NCBI GenBank assembly: GCA_030141605.1
Contig: JAQGDQ010000017.1
Coordinates: 1-64,000 of the forward strand
Direction of reading: 5' to 3'
From: Tubiluchus corallicola
Taxonomy: Eukaryota > Animalia > Priapulida
DNA length: 64,000 bases
Shown: positions 27,501-37,150 of the stretch, piece after piece
Layout: each line of letters starts with the position of its first letter
How positions within the stretch are numbered: position 1 is the stretch's first letter
Notes under the pieces: generated by a model
Seen by the model: only the letters and a program-made list of their open reading frames with translations
Told to the model about the DNA's origin: nothing
Databases searched by the model: none
Translations under genes and position numbers: made by a program

Positions 27501-30500
27501 CCTTGTAAATAAACAACATACTTAGACATCTCGCCAGATGGTAATACTGAAACTTAAGTTATGTCAAAAACATACGTCCACATTTGTGTTACTAAATTAA
27601 AATAAGGCACATGTCACCAACTGGAAGAGTGGAGTTTTGAAGTACTGCTTTATTAGGACACTATGTTTTGACAGAAACTATCTTCACCAGGTGTTTAAGA
27701 ATTCACAGACAGAATTTTTATTCATATAATAATTGTTATTCTCTTGTTCTAGTTGAGTTCAGCTGCTGCTTTGTTTAATTTACCTCGATAATTATAATTT
27801 TTAATTTTAATATGTTATATCTTTTAATACTGTAGTTTTGATTTATTATATTTTAGCTTTCACCTGATGAAGACAGTAGCTATTGAAATATAGTGTCCTA
27901 ATATTTCCATAAATTGCACTATTCTGGCGTGTGCCACATACTCTATTCTAACATTAAAACTATGTATTATGAGAAGTACCCATTCTCTAACTCTGTTTGC
28001 TGCTTAGTGATGATGGTAGCAGTGCTAAACTCCACTACAGAATTAATATTTGTAAGAATGCCAGTAAACAAACACAGAATAAAAAACAATACTGCTAATA
28101 ACAGAAACACAAAAAAAATTCTCTGCACTTTCTTCGCCATTGCGAGTACAAGCTGTCTAGCCCAAAAGTCTTTAGAACATAATAGCTCAGATTGTTTGCT
28201 GAATGTTTGGTGATGCAAACAATCTAGCAGGCACAAGTTTACTGAAAGTTGTCCATGTATTCGGCTGTTTGTAGAGTAATAATGCTCGGGCCAAATAGTA
28301 AGTTTGTTCAATTCAGAATTTGCATTTTTTTATTTTAAACGATAATGATTATCCAAAATGTTTTTATACAATTATGTTACCTACTTTTCATACTGATCTA
28401 TTGATCATTAGTGACTTATCATCTGATAATTAAAGATTAAGTTTAAAAGCATAACATTGCAGTTTCTCTTCCACTTTTAATTAATTAATTTTACCTCATT
28501 AAGAACCTACATGCATATAAACACTACACTGTCCTCATGAGTCATAAACTCAAGACCCATAATTTGTCTATCACAGCCTAGAATTGAAATGAACTATGAC
28601 TTAAAGGAAGAGGTCAATGAGTGCTAAGCCAAAATATGTTTTAAAATTAATTTAAATTGTTAAGCAAATCAAGACTACTACAAAAAATAGAGAGAAACTG
28701 ATAACTAATTAACATTACAGCTCTAAATATGGATACATGAATAGGTGGACCTTGATATAACCCCAGTCTACAGAATATCACCAGCTAAATTGTAATTTGA
28801 TCTAGAAGAAGCAAATCCAGCCAAAAACTGTGCTCGAATTTGGATTTGTCATGAAATAATTACTTGTTGAATAGGAAACCAATCTGGTTTTCCTAATCTC
28901 ACAAGCAGGAGGTGGTCCTGGATTGCTTTCCTACAACGTCAACAAATACCTAGCCGTATAATTTACAATAAATATTTTTGATGTCATGTTATGAGAATTA
29001 TTATTATGTTTTCATTTTCATTTGCTTTCACTTACATGCAACTAATAGCTTCCATTGCTGTTGTGTTTTGTTTCTCTCGGAAGGCTCGTAGAGAAAACCA
29101 GAAAATACTTCATCAAATTAAACTAGTTTATTAAGCAAGAATTCTACAACACAAAAGTATGAAGGAACGCAAAATGATTACACTAAATCTAAACGTGAAA
29201 ATCTGGAAAACGTTAAAGTGTATCTGAAAATACAAGTATACAAAAGAATGCATAAGTGGCGTGCGTGTGAATCTGCGTGTGTGTGTCAGCGGCCTGCTTC
29301 GCCTTATATAGCGTGCCCGAGAAGTTTCTAGAAGTTTTGTTCCAGAAAATTCTACACGGTAAGACGATTATTCTAACGGAACATTCTACAATGTTCTATG
29401 TAATTCTAATAGATGCCAGCGATCTCCACAACAATCGCTAAGTAAAGTGGATTCAAAAATTATAGTTACCTCTTTCGACAAATGCTAAGCAAAACTAGTA
29501 CAACTTCAAAAACATGCTGGCTCAACTGATTTTAAATCAAATCTTCAAGCAACAAATCCCGCGGCAAACCAGAAGCACATTTCAGATGGCACCACCTGCT
29601 ACACCAAACTGACAGCAGCAGTACATAAACTCTTCAAAAAGCGTTAAACAATAATATAACTGTACCTATATAATAGGACAAGTTTTTAAAATAACTCAGT
29701 TTAAAATGTCAAGAAACGTACACCACATGATATAATAAGCACAGTACAACACTCATGTGTTTATGGTTGCTATGTTTAAAGTTTAATATTTAATTTTTGT
29801 TTATAATATGATTTAGAAGTTTAGAATGATTTTATTGCCTATTAACAATCTAGTCATTTAAGATAACTGGGTGGTATGTTTCCACATTGTTTGTCACACA
29901 GTACGTATTGTATATTCAATTATCTATTTACCTACAAGCTTCTTTATATGAACAAATAATTTCAAATTCTTTTTTGTATTCAGATCAGGATGCATAAGCA
30001 CGGGAGTAAATGTTTATAGAAAGTGTAAACTTACAATACTTAAAAATGTCTCTTTTTGACTTATTTGAAAAGCAAAAAAATCACAAATGGATATTGTCCT
30101 ACCTGGTACTTGTTGAAAGTCTGAGTTATATTTTCATAACCTATCAGAAAACACAGAATAAGATTTTCAGTGAATCTAAATAGTACATGTTGCTAAAAAA
30201 ACAAACAATAGTAAAACAGAGTCAACGCTGACTGTCAACAAAATGGAAAAATGGCAAAAATGCGACATAAAATCAAGTAAGGATGTTTTTGGATTAATTT
30301 ATCAAGGTTTACATAAGTAAATAAATTCGAGAAGTACGTAGTGAGTTCTAATTTTTTCAACCAGTACACCTGTTGTATGTAAGCACATATGTAATTGACA
30401 AAGTTACAAAACAAGCGCAGAAGAGAAGTCAGCTGATATCCATAGAGCTGCATGCTTATAAAGATGTTTACAGCGATATCTGCAAGACCAAAATACAGGA

Positions 30501-31554
30501 TACATTTATATTAAGCTGATCATAATAAAGGTTTACAAGTAATTTTCTTTTGACGTATATTATTACACTAAATTGCAAACCGAAAGTGCATTCAAATAAT
30601 GCACAAAAGTTTTAGAAACCTATATAAATAATAATTAATGCTAACTGCAAAAAATAAACTTATTGCGAGATTACAAAAAAATGAAAACAGTCAGCCTGCT
30701 TTCATAACCGATAGTTAAATGGCAATATACATATATACATACATACATATATATATATAAAGACTATAAAGACACATGGTAACTGACAGTCCTCTGTAGC
30801 AGATAGGAAATCTTAATAAACACTTTCATTACAAAATACTATCAGTATTAAAAAGCAATTAAAGCACCTGGCACCGCTGCTACAATGGCACAGGGTAAGA
30901 AATTCAGACGCACACAATGGGACAATTATCATATGACGGACCCAGTGACAGAAATACTGGTAAGCATTTAAAATCACTGCTACATCATTTGGTTTAATCA
31001 TAGATCGAAATTGAAGCATATTAGGCTGCACAGTCTTGTGTGAACCAAATATGTAACAGAGAACGACACTTTTTTTTGTTTTTCGATTTAGATTTTCAAG
31101 GCCAGTAAATGAAGCTGCCCAAAATGATGTAAGTACTACCTCATCAAAACTTCCAAATATTTAAAAAGTTAGATGCAGTTTCACATAATGATAAACAGCG
31201 TCTGAGTAACATGTCAAAATGGTAATAATTTTTTAAAAATAAATTTGGAAGCAAATTTAAATTTTAATACTGACTGTAAGCTTATAATAAAAACAATGGT
31301 ACTGGTCAATGGTCATTGATATGGCCAATGGTCAATGGTCAGTGTGTGCATGTATAAAAATTAGTGCCATAAAATACCAATTATCAATAAGCAGCTCAGA
31401 ATTAGTAACATGAATATTCAACTGTTCAAAACAACTAAGACAACAAACCTTTGTGTGAAAGACTGGAGCTGCCTGGATGCTGGTACCAACAATTGTCTCC
31501 AAATTTACAACTACCTCTAATGAAGTATTTACAAACTGGCATTGGTGCACTCAT
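12508..31554 (-). CDS. NUP42: Nucleoporin NUP42/NUPL2 (CG1), spliced
   Basis: Phase-consistent GT-AG exons: 31554-31449 ([31 protein letters not shown] finger), 30140-30103, 18795-18710, 17454-17360 ([15 protein letters not shown]), 17062-16986 ([11 protein letters not shown]), 16468-16376, 14113-14083 and 13196-12508. The last exon has FG repeats (SVFGG, SIFGG, SLFG) and the C-terminal Gle1-binding motif [34 protein letters not shown]. Extra small exons between 18.8 and 30.1 kb cannot be excluded. Confidence 0.9.
13216..13409. mobile_element. Tc1/mariner-pogo-type MITE
   Basis: TIRs CAGTCAAACCTCTTTAT / ATAAAGAGGTTTGACTG, with TA on the left flank. A related copy lies at 55962-56129. Confidence 0.8.
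14470..15861 (+). mobile_element. Helitron/Helentron-like non-autonomous element with internal ~147-bp tandem repeats
   Basis: Five related units start at 14540, 14674, 14823, 14970 and 15117 (core AACCTATGCCATTCGACTCGCCTCATCGAGACCTTTCATTTGATATGC). The element ends in an (AAT) tract and a perfect 26-bp palindrome TAAGATTTTGCTATAGCAAAATCTTA (15836-15861). The left boundary is approximate. Confidence 0.6.
17601..17919. mobile_element. hAT-superfamily MITE
   Basis: TIRs CAGTGGTTCCCAA / TTGGGAACCACTG with a perfect 8-bp TSD AACTAGAT (17593-17600 and 17920-17927). Confidence 0.9.
20501..21580 (+). CDS. Carbohydrate sulfotransferase (Sulfotransfer_2; CHST8-14/HNK-1ST family), intronless, nested antisense in a NUP42 intron
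   Basis: 5'-PSB motif [13 protein letters not shown], 3'-PB motif [38 protein letters not shown] and C-terminal [10 protein letters not shown]. The first in-frame ATG is at 20501; the N-terminus is uncertain. Confidence 0.9.
   Translation: MMDKKNFLSDFVDASILVVVSAVNVSCIVTGKRYDSVPLFSPTKISWQMTKTEEEGKRRLLQTQKYCKELKQKEELELISKKTLSQLFVDDVHKVLWCAIPKVATTNWKKLLLALYISSQQNGSSSTDIQQAMEFIKGKATSLVRRGTYIYRLKTVGNVKKRNRKLKDYKKFFFVRHPFTRLLSAYRNKLAMIGMVHPEEDKHSRISKLIHKTYSSGYDDKEKNSYATFSEFLTYLLDDKKPLASPNNDLLQVYKHNIHWDSFFSLCDPCRIHYDFIGKLENIEIESAYILDQLFHVSISNSFGLMPSTKASANQSKTSFEITKMFYSNVSQSLIDRIYEMYKLDFLAFNYAPPSDYFR
22458..22718. mobile_element. Degenerate hAT-like MITE
   Basis: Starts CAGGGCCGG and ends in degenerate GCCGGCTGTA. 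Flanked by an 8-bp direct repeat CACTTTTG (22450-22457, 22719-22726). Confidence 0.6.
24310..25260 (-). mobile_element. Degraded CR1/L2-group LINE 3' fragment
   Basis: Minus-strand fragments [18 protein letters not shown] and [21 protein letters not shown] with stops, ending in AATAAA plus a (TA)n tail near 24285-24325. Confidence 0.65.
26115..28140 (-). CDS. GT31 beta-1,3-galactosyltransferase-family protein, two coding exons, nested same-strand in a NUP42 intron
   Basis: Exon 1 (28140-27980) encodes the type II signal anchor [29 protein letters not shown]. It joins in phase 2 to exon 2 (27129-26115), which has [22 protein letters not shown] (DxD), [13 protein letters not shown] and EDAYVTG. 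Confidence 0.9.
27651..27903. mobile_element. Inverted-repeat Penelope-like remnant with a hammerhead-like core
   Basis: 27651-27693 is an imperfect inverted copy of 27861-27903. The right arm carries CTGATGA (27864-27870) and GAAA (27885-27888). Confidence 0.55.
29059..29433 (-). mobile_element. Solo LTR
   Basis: Termini TGTTGTG...CACAACA with 5-bp flanks ATTGC/ATCGC (TSD with one mismatch). On the minus strand TATATAA (29310-29304) precedes AATAAA (29132-29127). Confidence 0.7.
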
Positions 31555-32559
31555 AGTTAACTTAGATGCGAAAAATTTCTAGTCCTATTTAGTCATAAAC
31601 TGCAAAAAATAGCAATAGTTAAAAATTTTAGTAATTTATATAACTTTTGTGAAATACTACAAAGTAAAAAAGTCAAAAACCTCAAGAAAGCTTGACAGTT
31701 TTCCATTAGCCAATTTACTTAAAAACAGATTTCATAGCAAAGAAATGAAATTCACATGTTCTAATACAAAGATGAGCAATATGATACATTTCAGAAGTGT
31801 GCATGTAATAAAGCATAATATAACGATCTGGCTCCACAGACTTACACCACAGTCACTAATCACTAATCAAACTGGTAACACACAAGAAACATGGATGCAT
31901 TAGCAATGTTACGTACAAACAAAATGACGTTTGACTACTGTCAAAGAAGACTGGCAGTAAAACATGACTGTGTTTCAATAACTTACAAATAAAATGTTAG
32001 TGTTCTATCCTAACTAACAAATGTATTTTGCTGATCTGTATTTCAGTTTTGTATAGTATTAGCTTTATGGAAAACTTAACTTGTCTGTTTATGCTATCAT
32101 TGTATGTAGGTAGTGACGTGCTGTTTATACATGCAACACATGCACGGCATACCTTCTACTTTCCAAAAAAGAATTATGACGTAAAAAGCACTTGTAAATA
32201 TTTCTAATAATTAACTATTATTGCTAATATTTCCTAACATTTTACGCTTGAATTGTATTATAACGTTGGAAGGCTATAGGTTTTGCTAAACCATTACAAC
32301 ATGAAACGACACAACTGTATGCATTCAATTTTTCAAAGTTAAAACAAATTCATTACAACTTCAGACAGGGTGCTTGAAGGCATGGCTTAATCGGAAATTG
32401 TCCAATCACAATTAGCGGCAGCATATATGTGGGAATGCAGCAGATAGCACAAGACATGTGGGGCGCCACTGAACTAAACTGCTCAGAATCAGAAACACAT
32501 ACTGCATATTGCAGTTCTCAAGTACATCTTCCTAGTCTGAAATTTTTTGAAAGACATAT

Positions 32560-33210
32560 GATTATTTAAAGGAGTTCAGAAGACAGCTACTTTGGAGAAT
32601 CGGGGAGACCAATGGACTGCCTCATTGAAATGAATTACTTGGTATGGCAAACCTAGCAACAAGGCAAGATTTAAGTGAAACCTTCAGACATTCATAAAAT
32701 GCTTTCATGATATTGATTGTAAACCAAAATTTCTTAACACTGAAAGACAACCCCAAGAAGACAGCACAATCCCAAGGAAGCATTCCTGGACCACTGTTTT
32801 TTAAATCTTCATTGTCAACATTGATAGTGGTGTCATCTCCAAACTGAGCCAATATGCTGACGATATAAAATTTGCTAGTTGTAAGCACTCAATGTGCATA
32901 CGCTACCAACTTGCAAGGTGATTTAGATAAAATGAACCAGAGAGACAAATGCCAGCAGGTGTCTTTTAGCAAAACAGATGGAAAATGCAAAGTGCTATAT
33001 CTCAGAAAAGACAATCCTTACAATTCGTTGAAAGTGTCCCACCATTATGGATCACCAATGCAATTTCCGAGTCCACATTAATGATAAAGTTGCAAAGGCA
33101 AATCAAATACTTAGAGCCATTTCTCAAACAACTGTTAATAGAAATGGAGACACCACCATATACCAATACACAAAGCCTTTGTAAGACTGCGCATTGAATA
33201 TATGATGATC
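32560..33210 (+). mobile_element. CR1-type reverse transcriptase pseudogene fragment
   Basis: Frameshifted RT motifs QGSIPGPLFF / IFIVNIDSGVISKLSQYADDIKF / LQGDLDKM...KCKVLYLRKDNP. Confidence 0.8.
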
Positions 33211-33819
33211 TATCATCAAAGCAGATCACAGTCTGCAAATATATAAGAAACAGTCACTAATCTGGATATGAGGAAATTCTTAGATAGATTTTTAGTTAGA
33301 GAATCATAAATGCCTGGAATGAGCTTCCGCAGTTTAAGTTCTTCAAACATTTTTCTAAGATTTATACAATTTCCAATAAAACCACACACTCCTTTCAATG
33401 TTTTTTCAATTGTCACTTAAATCATGTCTGCCTTCACATTTGCTTCTTTTATTAACGTTTGGTTTACAGTTGAAAAGATGCTCAGTTGACTCCTCTTCTG
33501 AGGACACAATAAATCATTTTTACAAACGTTCTCGTAATTGCACTTAATTTAGTAATAGTAACATTGGACAAATTTGCATGTGACAGAAACCTACACATTA
33601 CTACCTCATAATTTAGCGGTATAATAAATTAGCACCTGTGTTTGGCACACAAGGATCACAAATGGAAACGTTCATTAGAATGTGAGCAAACTCTAGAAAT
33701 CGCCTACTCAACTTGTATATTAACACTCAAACACTCTATATTAACACTCAATACACCCAAACACTCAAATTTTAGTTTTTGAGAAATTAAACACGCATTT
33801 GAGAGAACATTTTTCTTCT

Positions 33820-34130
33820 TCAAAATCTCATTCCACCTATTGTAGGCATTGAAGTATCAGCACTTATCAGAGTTTTCCACTCACTTCTATCTGCAGCTAA
33901 CAGCGTACGTTCTTCTACTCCTAAAGACAGATTTAGTTGAAGTTGTTGAACATCTTTATATATCTTACCTATCCAAGTTATTTTAGGTTTGCCAGGTGTT
34001 TTTTGCAAGGTTTTAAGGCGATTCCTACGGGCGCTTCATTTGGTAATCTTAGAAGATGTCCTAGCCATCTTAATCTTCGGACTTTGACTTTTGAACTCCA
34101 ATAAATTTCTTTCGTACTGGTATGTAAAAT
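33820..34130 (-). mobile_element. RTE-like LINE ORF C-terminal remnant
   Basis: Minus strand gives RRLRWLGHLLRLP...GKPKITW...LAADRSEWKTLI, typical of the RTE-clade C-terminus. Confidence 0.7.
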
Positions 34131-35067
34131 TCTATATTTCTCTCGTCCATGTTAGCCGCAATACCAGAAATCAAACTTTAATTATATCTTAGTGAACAGT
34201 CTTGTATAAGGTTCCCCGTGTTTCTAAAACCAAACTCGCAAGAGTTATCATACCATACCATAAGAGTGGTAGAGGTTAATCAAGCAAGCTCATTGTGTAA
34301 CCCCATATTTCGTATCTGAATATCTATCCAGCTTGTTCTTGAACTTGTTCATGTGTTATGTTCATTAAAGTAAATATCAGTGAATTTAATGTTATTAAAG
34401 TAAAATAGTAGACTGTAAATAGTAAAAAATAATCATTACTCACTTATGCTTATAATCTAATTTCAAATGTGTCAAAATTTTGCCAAATTGTGTACAATAT
34501 ATTGCTAAAGGTCCTAAACGAATTACTAGGCTCGCTTCGAATGGCTTTAGTGTTCAATATATTATTGGTTTTTCCGATCAGATAAAATGATATTTATAAT
34601 TATAATATATTCTATTTGTTCTTTATTTGTCATTAATATGGTTCACTATTTCACCCTTGTTACCGATTCGATGCTATCCGTTATTGCAAAAAATTTCCTA
34701 TTGCCATCGTTATTTTTTATCAAAACAATTGTGTTACAGTAGTTGCTACACAATTGCAAATTTGTGTGTAGACCTGTCAACCATTTGATGTAAAAATAAG
34801 TGCGAAATGTAGAAAGCCCGGGGTGTTGTCTCGTCCCCATGCAAATTAATGCTCCAAAAATGTTCCAGTATACAGAATAAAAAAATGAGACAATTTTTGG
34901 ATATTACCTAAGTTTCTTATGGTGATATTGCATTTAACTTTCTTTATAAAATATGCAAATATGTTTTTAGTATACATGAAAAAAGCTCAATAGCACCTAG
35001 AAATGCTTAATTTTCATTGTTAATACTTTAATGCTGTGAGACCAATGAATGCCACTGTATTATTGAG

Positions 35068-35838
35068 AGTAGTACTGTAGGGCGCTGTGTCACTAGCCGA
35101 AGTAGGACACTTCCGCTAAAGTGCATGTGGTAAGTTTGCGGGAAAGCAGGGTCGGACATGGGCAGCCCAAGTAGGACACTGGCGATTTCTGCCGAGAATC
35201 GAGAATTATGGCATAATGAAACAAAACTAAATTTGTTTTAGAAAAAAATAACTTTATAATAATGACGGATAGTCCTTGACAATATGCAAATGTATTTTTT
35301 ACAATAATATCATCATTATTATTAGTTCATTAAAATCATCATAACATTAAACTAAGTATCTAATGCTTTAAAGAGAGAAACTGTGTGGGCATATAGCTTG
35401 CTAGCCCGTTTACTTAGTAGAAAACAATTATTTGTCCAAGAGGTAGTGAAACTGATCACCTGTCTGTGAAGTGAGACAAAATGAAAAAATGATATACCTT
35501 AAACAAATGTTGGAATCGCCTAAAAAGCGGGATTGTTTCACTTCAAAAAGATTAGTATCAAAGCCAAATTTAATATTGGCCATTTTACTAGCTCAAAATA
35601 AGATTCTTTTGTTTTCCAGATGTATAATAAATTATTCAACGTGTATTAACGTTTTCAATTATTATTATTAAATAAACAAAGACATTGGACATTGCCAGTA
35701 CGGTTAATGACTCAATTCGTGACCTGTCTAGTGTCCTACTTGGGCAGCCCATGTACGACGCGTCCTACTTGGGCTAGACCATGTACGCCAATTGTCCTCA
35801 TTCGGCTAGTGTCCTACTCCGCTCCCAACAGTACTACT
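35068..35838. mobile_element. Non-autonomous DNA transposon with TIRs and subterminal repeats
   Basis: Terminal AGTAGTACTGT / ACAGTACTACT, with AGTAGGACAC repeated on the left and GTGTCCTACT repeated on the right. Confidence 0.7.
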
Positions 35839-37150
35839 AATTGCATCGTAATTGATGCTGATGGCAAAAGAAGGTGATTTTGCAAACTTGCATGTGATGT
35901 TGCGGAATGTTTTAAAACTGAAATTTTGATGTGTGTGCACATGTTAAAGACTTGAAATGCATGTGACACATGCCTAATGCATGAGAATTGGAGGTCTGCA
36001 TATAACAGTCTGTAAAAAGTGTATAGTATTAATTAACAAAAATAGTTTATTACTGATAATTCGCTATGTGTTTCAAAATATTTGTCATTAGCAATATGAA
36101 TCATATGAAATATTTAATTTTCATTTTCAGTGTTAAAATTCCAAATAAATATGACGGCATTGTTTAGCATCCATAGACTCCACTACGTATTAGAAAAGGA
36201 AAGTCAGTTCCAAGTTCTGCAGTGGAAAAATAGGCCTAATTAGTTTACAATTTAAGTTCCAAATTTGAAATATTATAGCACTTGTACAGCAGAAATAGAA
36301 GCATACTAACAAATTAGTTAGCAACTTGTAAACAACCAGTCTACAAAGTACTTCTCATGGCCAATGGTGCTTACTTATTGAAGATAGAATGAGTGTTTAT
36401 TTATAATTCTAATAATTAGGTGTTCCAATTTCTAAGATATTAAATTAGTACATATACTCGTAGGCAATTCAACAGTCTAAGCAGCATTAAAATATAGTGC
36501 ACATTCCATAACAACAAAGTAGTAATCTGTTCTGTTTTTAATACCAGTCATTAGAAGTCGAAGTAACTAAGCAAATTGCACTTTTAAATTTGAACCCACT
36601 CTGCAGGCTGCAGGGAGTGCAGTCTACAGCTTGGCAGCCTGAGTGTTTCCCTTTATCAATTTTTAATGACTAGACAACAAACTTGCCAGACAAAAATCAA
36701 TAAAATCTTATCACTTTTTTGGGTGTGTGCAATGTGCAGGTTTATGAATCATGAAGAGGGTTTATGAATTAAAACACTATTTATTCATTGCCCATATTAG
36801 GAGTGTGCTGCTGATGGATGGATTCAGATCTTGCCACAACAAACTGCATCAATCATGCCATTGGGTGTTTGCAGAGTGCCAAGCTTTATAAAAAAATTGA
36901 CAGAGTTGCTTAGTTGCACAAGGATAAATCTGATCAGATTGCATTGATGAATCTTGTTTGAGATAAAGTTATCTCACAAGCTAGTTATCATAATTATGTC
37001 AGTAATACTTTCATTTGTTATAATACCTATTTCTGCATGCATTTTACATGTAATTTTCACATTTTTCAGGTTTTCGGGATAGCAGATTTAGAGAATAAGT
37101 CGCCTTGTATGTTTTCTGGTACACACTGATGTTGAAACCACAGATCAAAC

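Noticed and set aside
28864-28930. Possible additional NUP42 coding exon
   Set aside because: It enters in phase 0 but the visible donors exit in phase 1, while the next identified exon needs phase 0. Left unassigned.
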